A stretch of 64,000 bases of DNA from Paracoccaceae bacterium (GTDB lineage Bacteria > Pseudomonadota > Alphaproteobacteria > Rhodobacterales > Rhodobacteraceae): assembly GCA_023259435.1 (NCBI GenBank), contig JALRHZ010000003.1, forward strand, positions 3,058-67,057, read 5' to 3'. Positions 19,383-29,554 of the stretch are shown here, one piece after another. The notes under the pieces were generated by a model. It made no database searches. It was given only the letters and a program-made list of their open reading frames with translations, and was not told the DNA's origin. A program made the translations under genes and the position numbers. The first letter of the stretch is position 1; every line of letters begins with the position of its first letter.

Positions 19383-20307
19383 GTATCTGTCTATCGCGAT
19401 TTGCGGAATTACGCTTTCTGTACAAAGCGCGATGGGAATAGACGGGCTCCCCTTGCCGTCAGGCGCGACAGAAACACTTGCAACTATTACAGATGCCGCA
19501 ACCTTCGCCCTGCCCATAGGCGCGTATTCAAATGACGCTTTGCCGACGGTCTCTTTGCAGGGGCGAAAACACACACGCGCCTGGCGCCTTGACGTCAGTA
19601 GCCTGACGGTGGATCAAGTCGCGCAACCTGTAATAGATTACCTGATCGACAACGGTTACAGCTTGAGGCTTGATTGTAGCTCCGAGGCCTGTGGTGGCTT
19701 TGATTTTCGCTTTGCCATCGAGACCGCAAAGGCCCCCGCTCTTTTTGTGGACTTTCGCAATTTTCGATTTTTCAGCGCGCAAAACAATGAACAGGCTGCA
19801 AGCGTTCTGATTTCGCACTTTGCAGATAGCATTTTCCTTCAGCTCATCCACCTTGATGGATCCTCTGAGGGCACAACAATCAACGTTACACCCAAAGTGT
19901 CACAAGAGCGCCTGCCGACGTTCGCCCAGCCCTCTTCTGATACGTTTGGCACCCAATTACAGAGTTTGGGACATATTATTTTATCAGATCTCTCTTTTGC
20001 CTCCGGAGCATCAACACTTGAGAACCAAGAATTCAAGTCGCTTGAACACCTATCTAAGTTCATGAAAGACAACCCTAATCAAAAAATTTTGATCGTCGGT
20101 CATTCTGATAATTCAGGCACATTGGCCGCAAACATAGGTCTTTCACAAAAAAGAGCACAGTCCGTAGCCCAGCGATTGATATCACAATACAACATAGACG
20201 CATTTCGCATTCAGGCAGAGGGCGCTGGCTATTTGTCGCCAATCACAACCAACACAACAAAAGAAGGGCGCCGGCAAAACCGGCGCGTCGAAGTTGTCTT
20301 GGATTAG
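19354..20307 (+). CDS. OmpA-family protein with unknown N-terminal domain
   Basis: Signal peptide. C-terminal OmpA_C motif: F..GS..L.......L......NP...I.IVGHSDNSG....N..LS..RA.SV...L, then NRRVEVVL. Confidence 0.8.
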   Translation: MTNITRNIARYLSIAICGITLSVQSAMGIDGLPLPSGATETLATITDAATFALPIGAYSNDALPTVSLQGRKHTRAWRLDVSSLTVDQVAQPVIDYLIDNGYSLRLDCSSEACGGFDFRFAIETAKAPALFVDFRNFRFFSAQNNEQAASVLISHFADSIFLQLIHLDGSSEGTTINVTPKVSQERLPTFAQPSSDTFGTQLQSLGHIILSDLSFASGASTLENQEFKSLEHLSKFMKDNPNQKILIVGHSDNSGTLAANIGLSQKRAQSVAQRLISQYNIDAFRIQAEGAGYLSPITTNTTKEGRRQNRRVEVVLD

Positions 20308-20326
20308 CGATAGGTAGACCCGTTGG

Positions 20327-21232
20327 TTACCACCGGTCTGGTCCTCTATGGGCAAATTCGCCGGCAAGGAAGTCTATGAATGAGCGAACCTTTGGCTGCG
20401 TAAATTTGCCCGGAGGGTAAACCACATAGACGCCACGCGTTTCCTTTGGCAGATCGGGCATGACATCCACAACTAGCCCGCTTTCGATAGCCTCTTGATA
20501 GATAAAACTGGGCAGTTGCGCGATCCCCAAGCCAGACACCGATGCATGCAATAGCGATTGACCATCATTCACGCTTAGCCAACCGGCGGTCCGAATTTGG
20601 CGCATTTCGCCAGAAGGCGATGTGACTTTCCACACCGCGCTTTGGGACTGGTTGCTATAGTGCAAAAGCTTATGAGCGTTTAGGTCGTCGATCCGGAGGG
20701 GAACGCCGAACCGACGAAGATAATCAGGGCTTGCGACCATGCGGATAGTGGTTTCCGTCAGTTTGCGTGCACGCAGGGAGCTGTCTTCCAACTCGCCAAT
20801 TCGGATCGCAGCATCGAAGCCTTCTGAGATAAGCTCAACGTAACGATTTGTAAGCTCCATATTGACCGTGACATCAGGGAAGTTGTTCAAGAACTTTCCT
20901 AAGATAGGCGACAAAAGCCCAACACCAAAGTCTGTGGCAACTGACACACGCAATTGGCCGGATGGCGCAGATTGCATGGAGGTCACAAGAGCATCGGCTT
21001 CACCTGCATCGTTTAGGACACGGCAGGCGCGGTCGTAATAAGCAAGGCCAATTTCTGTTGGGCTGACACGACGTGTCGTGCGATTCAACAATCTGGCCCC
21101 GAGGCGCGTTTCAAGACTTGAGACGTGCTTGGAAACGGCGGATTTTGAAATCCCCATCTTCTTTGCAGCGTCGGTAAATCCACCTTGGTCCACCACCGTT
21201 GCAAATGCTTCCATTTCAGTCAATCGGTCCAT
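20327..21232 (-). CDS. LysR family transcriptional regulator
   Basis: N-terminal wHTH FTDAAKKMGISKSAVSKHVSSLE plus a LysR substrate-binding domain. 301 aa. Confidence 0.9.
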   Translation of the reverse strand: MDRLTEMEAFATVVDQGGFTDAAKKMGISKSAVSKHVSSLETRLGARLLNRTTRRVSPTEIGLAYYDRACRVLNDAGEADALVTSMQSAPSGQLRVSVATDFGVGLLSPILGKFLNNFPDVTVNMELTNRYVELISEGFDAAIRIGELEDSSLRARKLTETTIRMVASPDYLRRFGVPLRIDDLNAHKLLHYSNQSQSAVWKVTSPSGEMRQIRTAGWLSVNDGQSLLHASVSGLGIAQLPSFIYQEAIESGLVVDVMPDLPKETRGVYVVYPPGKFTQPKVRSFIDFLAGEFAHRGPDRW

Positions 21233-21360
21233 TTTCGATCCTCTATGCGTTACAAGGATCTGTATGCAGGCCGATTAGGGCAAGACTGGGGCAGCCTCTG
21301 GACATTTAAGGGGAAATTGCCGGACTGCTTCGGGGCCGAGATCAATCCAATTCATCAACC

Positions 21361-23412
<2,052 letters not shown>

Positions 23413-23478
23413 TCAAGTTTGCCTAATGATCTGTCACAGCATCGCGGTTGTCACCCCTAAACGCGGCGTCAATTTATA

Positions 23479-23838
23479 TCAGGAATTAGAGGCGAACCGG
23501 CGCAAAGCACGCTTGAGCAAATCAACCTCATCGCGCAACAAATTCACTTCGGCACGAATGTCGTTTGCAAGCGCATTTCCAAAAACAAGAGTAACATCAC
23601 AAATTGGTTCTAACCCATCCTGTGAATGCAAACATAAACTATGCACTCCATCAGACAGGGCAGCCGAGGGAATTGGACAATTTGCGACCCAATGACCATC
23701 ATCTGTTTGTGACACATCTAGGCCTTGAACAATTTGTCCAAGATAGGTGCAAGAAACATCTGGGCGGGCGCTTTGTTCGCCAAGAACAACAGACCAAACC
23801 CCATCCGCGATCTGAGAGTGCAAAACGGAAATAGACAT
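23479..23838 (-). CDS. hypothetical protein (beta-rich N-terminus, C-terminal coiled-coil)
   Basis: 119-aa ORF starting 9 nt after the stop of the upstream unknown gene. C-terminal heptad-like IRAEVNLLRDEVDLLKRAL. The competing antisense ORFs look compositionally worse. Confidence 0.5.
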   Translation of the reverse strand: MSISVLHSQIADGVWSVVLGEQSARPDVSCTYLGQIVQGLDVSQTDDGHWVANCPIPSAALSDGVHSLCLHSQDGLEPICDVTLVFGNALANDIRAEVNLLRDEVDLLKRALRRFASNS

Positions 23839-23847
23839 TTTTCGCTC

Positions 23848-24600
23848 CTAATACTGTGCCCGAGGACGTCGATGCACCAAAAAATCACGCAAAGTTACAG
23901 CATTCATTTTCGGATTTTCAAAAATAATATCCAACCATGCCCGCTGCATGCGCTTTTCGTTTAATTTCAAATACCCAAGATAGAATTCAAGAGAAACCTC
24001 TCCTTGATCCAAAGGAACTGTGTTCAAGACTTGCTCGACGTTTGGACCATGCTGGATATTAAGGCGCACAAAAAGGCCCAACGGTCGTTCAACTGAAAAG
24101 ACCCCATCGACCTGTAAAATTTTTCGTGCTGAAAGATCTGTCAAAGCTTCGTCTGGCAATTCCAACGCAAAGGATAAAAATGTTCCAGCGAAATCGAACA
24201 CCTCAACGGACACCCCAAAAGGCGCTAGATCTGTTGACGATGAATTCCGAACTTGTCGCAAAGCGATTTCGCCATGGGGACAGTCATGAAAAAGCTTTAA
24301 CCCACGCCCCATCGGAGCAGAAGAAGCAACAGAGGCATATCCTTTTTGCGCAATCTCGGCCCGCCACGCCGGTGGCCGCCATGAGAAATCAGCGTCTTTG
24401 GGGGGCTGGTAGTGGTTTGTACCAATCCTAGGCAATCTTAGAACATGATCTGCGTGATGAGAAATATCATTGAGATGCGGCAATAGACTGCGCGCTTTGT
24501 CAGAAACTTCGGCAATTTGTTCATACGACTGTTGCCGAAGTTCCGATGCCGCAGTGCTCCAATACTTTATCGCTTTTTCGTTTGAATACTTTCGAAACAC
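23848..24600 (-). CDS. conserved hypothetical protein (possibly DUF6478-like)
   Basis: 250-aa ORF with no recognisable catalytic motif. It resembles a Rhodobacterales-restricted uncharacterised family (WRP..W......LFHDC......LRQ.RN....DLAP.G...). This is an unverified recollection. Confidence 0.55.
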   Translation of the reverse strand: MFRKYSNEKAIKYWSTAASELRQQSYEQIAEVSDKARSLLPHLNDISHHADHVLRLPRIGTNHYQPPKDADFSWRPPAWRAEIAQKGYASVASSAPMGRGLKLFHDCPHGEIALRQVRNSSSTDLAPFGVSVEVFDFAGTFLSFALELPDEALTDLSARKILQVDGVFSVERPLGLFVRLNIQHGPNVEQVLNTVPLDQGEVSLEFYLGYLKLNEKRMQRAWLDIIFENPKMNAVTLRDFLVHRRPRAQY

Positions 24601-24693
24601 GAACCTATCCCCTTAGCTATGCCATCGTGACCTAAGTGATTTATACTAAAATAACAAATCCAAATTCATTTAGCGGCCTGTTTACGCAACAGT

Positions 24694-25329
24694 TTAACCA
24701 CCAGAGGTTGGCCGCAGCTTTGGACGAAGCATCGGTTCACTTGGCGCCACCGCAGCAGAAATCGTTACCCCAGGGCCAGTGATCTGCGACAGCCCAGCAT
24801 CAACAATGCTTGTCCTTTGTGAAACAGATAACGTCGATGATGTCCCATTATAGTGGGTCACAAGAACAGCAATGTCTTGCATGGCACGCGCACCACGCAC
24901 AGTATTGCGGTGCAAATTTTTATCTCGCGATTGTTGAGCGTCGTAGACCACAAACCGTTTGCCGTTTCTAACCTCGTCCGACACAAGACGCGCAGTCTTT
25001 GGGTGCAAAGCACCGCCGCTGATGTCTTGGGGCGCATTTTGTGTAAAGATCGTATAAGTTAGAAGATGACCATCATTTGTCGCCTTACAGCGTTTTGCGA
25101 CAAGATATGCCTTACCAAAGCCTTTACGCGTTTGCGCACTATCAAAACACAAACCGCTGGGCGCAATAAAAGTCGTATCACCAACCGTTTGCGCCGGTGC
25201 AAGTTGGGAGGTCGCCCCGCCACCTAGAAACGGAAGAGTGTCAACACCAGCGCACGCCGCCAAAAACGGAAGCCCCACGACAACACCCCACATACGCAAC
25301 TGAGAAAGGAACTTGCTCATACTACCCAA
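24694..25329 (-). CDS. hypothetical lipoprotein
   Basis: Signal peptide with lipobox PFLAAC. The rest has no recognisable domain. Confidence 0.6.
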   Translation of the reverse strand: MGSMSKFLSQLRMWGVVVGLPFLAACAGVDTLPFLGGGATSQLAPAQTVGDTTFIAPSGLCFDSAQTRKGFGKAYLVAKRCKATNDGHLLTYTIFTQNAPQDISGGALHPKTARLVSDEVRNGKRFVVYDAQQSRDKNLHRNTVRGARAMQDIAVLVTHYNGTSSTLSVSQRTSIVDAGLSQITGPGVTISAAVAPSEPMLRPKLRPTSGG

Positions 25330-25388
25330 ATTTCTTTTTTCTAAATGTCTAAAGTCACTTGGGGCTCAGCGCAAGCCAACATAAGATG

Positions 25389-26285
25389 TCAGGCGGATTT
25401 TGCCGATTTGCGCCGATCGTCCCAGCGTGCATAAATTGTGTATGCTGCGCTCATGAAAATGATGTCTAGAATAAAATACAATCCAGTCTCAGCACTTTTA
25501 AGGTCCAACGACTGCACAAATAACGCCGCGCCGTCCATCTGTCCGTCCAAGCCAAACCCAAGCATTGCCACGGAATTATTTGCAAGATGCAAGCCAATAA
25601 CTGCCCCAAGGTTTCCAGTCCGCAAGGTCACATAACAGGCCAAAACACCAAAAACCGTTGTATCTGCCACATACAAATACGCGTTATTACCAAAAGATTG
25701 ATAATCAAAATGTAAAAGCCCAAACAACAGGGACGGCACATAGATTGCCCACAGATCGGAGCGCCCACTGGCCTTTACATTTTGTAAGATGTAGCCGCGA
25801 AAGACGATTTCCTCTGCACCCGATTGAATAAGCACCAAGACCACCAGCGGGATGATCCACAACGCCCACTTTGGCAAATCCAACACACCGGCGGGATTTA
25901 TCGACACTGAGCCAATCTCAAACAATACCCCAACGACCGAGATGGCAGAGATCACCAAGAGCCCCCAAACAAAACACTTGCGAAAGTGACGCCAGTTCAC
26001 ACGATACTGAGGCCCGTACAGTGCCGACAGCGGTCGACTGTGCAGTTGCCACATGGCAAGGGCAACACCGAACCAAATCGGCAAAAACGTAAGCAAGAGC
26101 AAAGCCAAAGCTTCAGGGGTGCTGCCCAATTCCGAACTCCAAAGTCCGAATTCATACCCAACACCCAAGACCACAGGCAAAGACAAAATTCCAATAGTTC
26201 CCACGATGTAAAAAATGCTAATGATCACAAATCCAAAAAATATGCGCCACAACTCGGTCTTATCTGAAATATGATTGGCAAACAT
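25389..26285 (-). CDS. CPBP family intramembrane glutamic endopeptidase (CAAX protease-like)
   Basis: Multi-TM protein with the three CPBP motifs EEIVFRGY, FGLLHF and HLANN. Confidence 0.8.
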   Translation of the reverse strand: MFANHISDKTELWRIFFGFVIISIFYIVGTIGILSLPVVLGVGYEFGLWSSELGSTPEALALLLLTFLPIWFGVALAMWQLHSRPLSALYGPQYRVNWRHFRKCFVWGLLVISAISVVGVLFEIGSVSINPAGVLDLPKWALWIIPLVVLVLIQSGAEEIVFRGYILQNVKASGRSDLWAIYVPSLLFGLLHFDYQSFGNNAYLYVADTTVFGVLACYVTLRTGNLGAVIGLHLANNSVAMLGFGLDGQMDGAALFVQSLDLKSAETGLYFILDIIFMSAAYTIYARWDDRRKSAKSA

Positions 26286-26436
26286 GGACCCCTCCTAAAA
26301 CACACCGTCATTGGACACCGCCGAAATTGATGCGTCAATCCACGATTTCCCCCGAGATAAATACATCAAGATTGATTGCAATCCAGCGTCCAAAGCCTTA
26401 ATTGATAGTCTAAACAAAAAAGCTGGACCTGATTGA

Positions 26437-27366
26437 ATGAACTGGATTACTAACTACGTTCGCCCGCGGATCAACTCGATCTTTTCACGCCGAGAAACCC
26501 CAGATAATCTGTGGTCCAAATGCGACGATTGCGGAAGCATGTTGTTTCATCGTGAACTTTCAGAAAATTTGAACGTATGTACACAGTGTGGTCACCACAT
26601 GGCCATTACACCGCGCGAACGGTTCCAAGCTTTGTTTGATGGCGGCATTTTTGTTGAAGTCGACGTGCCTAAACCCATTACAGACCCGCTGCATTTCAAG
26701 GATCAAAAGAAATACCCTGAACGCATGAAAGCGGCACAAAAGAAAACCTCTGAACAAGAAGCAATGCTTGTTGCAGAGGGTGAGATTGGCCGAACACCCA
26801 TTGTTGCTGCAGCTCAAGATTTCTCATTCATGGGCGGCTCGATGGGCATGTATGTGGGCAATGCCATTATTGCCGCCGCAGAACGCGCCGTTAAAATGCA
26901 CCGTCCTCTTGTGTTGTTTTCCGCCGCAGGTGGGGCAAGAATGCAAGAGGGTATCCTAAGTTTGATGCAAATGCCGCGCACAACCGTGGCAATCCAGATG
27001 CTCAAAGAGGCAGGGCTTCCATATATCGTCGTTTTGACCCACCCGACAACCGGCGGGGTGACGGCGTCCTATGCAATGCTAGGTGACGTACAAATCGCGG
27101 AACCAAACGCTCTCATTTGTTTTGCTGGTCCTCGTGTGATCGAACAAACCATCCGCGAAAAACTTCCCGAAGGGTTCCAGCGCGCGGAATACCTTTTGGA
27201 TCACGGTATGTTGGATCGTGTTACAAAGCGGACAGATTTACGCGATGAATTGATCACAATCGTTCGAATGCTTTTGCGCCAAACACCCGCCATCAAGGGC
27301 GATTTGCCCAAGCCAACTCCAGCCGAGGCAAGCGAGGCTGGTACAGAACCTCCCTCTGAGGAATAA
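26437..27366 (+). CDS. accD: acetyl-CoA carboxylase carboxyltransferase subunit beta
   Basis: Zn-ribbon CDDCGSMLF......NL.VCTQCGHH and carboxyltransferase core FSFMGGSMG. Confidence 0.95.
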   Translation: MNWITNYVRPRINSIFSRRETPDNLWSKCDDCGSMLFHRELSENLNVCTQCGHHMAITPRERFQALFDGGIFVEVDVPKPITDPLHFKDQKKYPERMKAAQKKTSEQEAMLVAEGEIGRTPIVAAAQDFSFMGGSMGMYVGNAIIAAAERAVKMHRPLVLFSAAGGARMQEGILSLMQMPRTTVAIQMLKEAGLPYIVVLTHPTTGGVTASYAMLGDVQIAEPNALICFAGPRVIEQTIREKLPEGFQRAEYLLDHGMLDRVTKRTDLRDELITIVRMLLRQTPAIKGDLPKPTPAEASEAGTEPPSEE

Positions 27367-27374
27367 AACAAACT

Positions 27375-28652
27375 ATGACATCACCCACATCCGATGCCAT
27401 CCTTGCCCGTATGATGGCGCTGCACCCCAAAATCATTGACCTGACGCTTGATCGCGTATGGCGGTTGCTGGCGGCGCTCGGCAACCCGCAAAACAGCCTG
27501 CCCCCGGTGATCCATATCGCCGGCACCAATGGCAAGGGCAGCACCCAGGCGATGATCCGCGCGGGGCTGAACGCAGCCGGCAAACAGGCGCATGCCTATA
27601 CATCACCTCATTTGGTCCGCTTTCACGAGCGTATTCGCCTCGCGGATCACTTGATATCAGAAGAAGATCTGACGGCATATCTAGATGAGTGTTATGCCGC
27701 CAATGATGGCGCATCTATCACCTACTTTGAAATCACAACCTGTGCTGCCTTGCTTGCGATGGCCCGCACCAAAGCGGATTTTACATTGCTAGAGGTTGGG
27801 CTAGGCGGTCGCCTAGATGCCACTAACGTCATAGCGGCGCCTGAGCTGACCATTATCACACCAGTATCCAAGGATCACGAGCAATTCCTTGGGGACACTG
27901 TTGCCAAAATTGCGAGTGAAAAGGCCGGCATCATCAAAAAGGGACGCCCTGTTATTGTCGGCCCACAACCGGATGACGCACTTGAGGTGATCGAGGCAAC
28001 GGCCGCGCGACTTGGCGCGCCTGTCTATGCCTATGGTCAACAGTGGCATGTGTGGGAAGAACGTGGACGCCTGATTTATCAAGATGAAACAGGCCTATTG
28101 GACCTGCCTCTGCCAAACTTGCTAGGCGCTCACCAAATTCAAAACGCGGGCGCCGCCCTCACCGCTTTACGCTTACTCGGCATGGGCGATGCCGCCTATG
28201 AGGGGGCTGTTACACAGGCAGAATGGCCTGCACGTATGCAACGCCTGTCCCAAGGTGCGCTTGTGGACCTCGTACCGCAAGCCGAAGTATGGCTGGATGG
28301 CGGTCACAATGCCTCTGCGGGTGCTGCTCTGTCGGCCCATTTGAAAACGCGACCTGCGCGCGACACCTATCTTATATGTGGGATGCTCAATACAAAGGAT
28401 GTCTCGGGGTACCTCTCGCCATTGGCGCAGGTTTCAACAAAACTATATGGTGTCTCAATTCCAGGAGAGGCAAATACCCTATCCGCAGATCAAACAGTTG
28501 CCGCTGCATTAGAATGCGGATTAGCAGCAGAACCTGCCGCAAGCGTGACTGAAGCTTTGCGCACCATCCACGCCACGGATCCAAACGCGCGCATTCTGGT
28601 TTGCGGATCTCTGTACCTTGCGGGAAATGTCCTGCGCGAAAACGATTCGTAA
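27375..28652 (+). CDS. folC: bifunctional folylpolyglutamate synthase/dihydrofolate synthase
   Basis: Mur-ligase P-loop HIAGTNGKGS. The accD-folC gene order is conserved. Confidence 0.92.
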   Translation: MTSPTSDAILARMMALHPKIIDLTLDRVWRLLAALGNPQNSLPPVIHIAGTNGKGSTQAMIRAGLNAAGKQAHAYTSPHLVRFHERIRLADHLISEEDLTAYLDECYAANDGASITYFEITTCAALLAMARTKADFTLLEVGLGGRLDATNVIAAPELTIITPVSKDHEQFLGDTVAKIASEKAGIIKKGRPVIVGPQPDDALEVIEATAARLGAPVYAYGQQWHVWEERGRLIYQDETGLLDLPLPNLLGAHQIQNAGAALTALRLLGMGDAAYEGAVTQAEWPARMQRLSQGALVDLVPQAEVWLDGGHNASAGAALSAHLKTRPARDTYLICGMLNTKDVSGYLSPLAQVSTKLYGVSIPGEANTLSADQTVAAALECGLAAEPAASVTEALRTIHATDPNARILVCGSLYLAGNVLRENDS

Positions 28653-28680
28653 AAAATTTTGAAAAACGAATCGGTTGTTG
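28643..28680 (+). terminator. hairpin overlapping the folC stop (possible weak terminator)
   Basis: Arms CGATTCG/CGAATCG with an A/T-rich 17-nt loop, followed by GTTGTTGTTG. Both arms carry GANTC sites. Confidence 0.3.
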
Positions 28681-28710
28681 TTGACTGATTCGCACCGATT
28701 CGCCTATACA
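28681..28710 (+). promoter_or_regulatory. candidate sigma70-type promoter TTGACT-N18-TATACA for the LysM gene leader
   Basis: Near-consensus -35 (28681-28686) and a -10-like hexamer (28705-28710). The spacer holds two GATTC (GANTC) sites. Confidence 0.35.
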
Positions 28711-28795
28711 GGTTATAGCTGCATTGCGTACCCTCAATTTCGATTGCGGGTCGTAATACGTAAGGGTGCATACACGGCTTTAAGCCTATCGAGCT

Positions 28796-28833
28796 TTGCA
28801 ATCCGACACTGGGTCAACCAGTGCGGATTGCAA
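28796..28833 (+). other. long perfect RNA hairpin in the putative 5' leader of the LysM gene
   Basis: 16 bp: TTGCAATCCG(A)CACTGG - GTCAA loop - CCAGTGCGGATTGCAA, with a single bulged A. No U-tract follows, so it is not a classic terminator. Confidence 0.5.
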
Positions 28834-28889
28834 CCCATAACGCCCATTTCGTGGCCCTTCACAGCTGACGTCGGAAAGGGAGCGGTTTT

Positions 28890-29540
28890 ATGGTTCGAAT
28901 TTTACTTATTGCATCAGTTTTTTTAACAATCACAATTAGTTTGTTAATGATCCGCCCAACATCAAAATCAGATCGGTTTGTGGATACATCCTCCGAGCTC
29001 GCGTCAGTAACCCAACTCGAAACCGAAATTACAGAAATTCCAAAGCTAACACCCCCTGCAGAGGTCCCCCAAAGCCTTGTGTTATCTGCACCTGCGGCAG
29101 CACCACAACAGGACACGTCTACACCTACTGTTACCGAAATCGCACAACCTACTCCTGCGCAGACAAACATTCCGGGGTTAGAGGAACTGGTTAAAGTGGC
29201 CCTTGAACAAAAAATGTCAGGCGCGGAGATTTCTCTTTGGCTGAACCAAGCGGCCGATAGCGGTGTAATAACCGTGCCTGATGCCTATCGTGATCCAAAT
29301 GGTCGGGTCGATGCTTTGGCACTTTTGGCAACGTTGACGCCAAAAGGCAGCTCTGTCATGGATCAGGCCAAAACAGGTCGCCCTTATGTTATCCGCCAAG
29401 GGGATACGTTGGCATCCATTGCCCTGTCCAATTATGGCGACATGGCTGTTGCAGATGATATTTTCTGGGCCAATCGCACAAAACTTCAAAGTCCAGAAGA
29501 CCTAAGGGTTGGAAGCACGTTATACCTTCCTGCCCTCTAA
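28890..29540 (+). CDS. LysM peptidoglycan-binding domain protein (membrane-anchored)
   Basis: N-terminal TM helix, P/T/A-rich linker, and a C-terminal LysM (YVIRQGDTLASIAL..YG........I...N.......L.VG..LYLP). A GGGAG SD sits 7 nt upstream of the ATG. Confidence 0.8.
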   Translation: MVRILLIASVFLTITISLLMIRPTSKSDRFVDTSSELASVTQLETEITEIPKLTPPAEVPQSLVLSAPAAAPQQDTSTPTVTEIAQPTPAQTNIPGLEELVKVALEQKMSGAEISLWLNQAADSGVITVPDAYRDPNGRVDALALLATLTPKGSSVMDQAKTGRPYVIRQGDTLASIALSNYGDMAVADDIFWANRTKLQSPEDLRVGSTLYLPAL

Positions 29541-29554
29541 TATACCGTCACCGG

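Noticed and set aside
28884-28905. tRNA T-loop-like GGTTCGAAT at the start of the LysM ORF
   Set aside because: There is no matching T-stem, acceptor stem or anticodon arm in the preceding ~70 nt. The string is simply codons 1-4 (ATG GTT CGA ATT) of a well-supported CDS.
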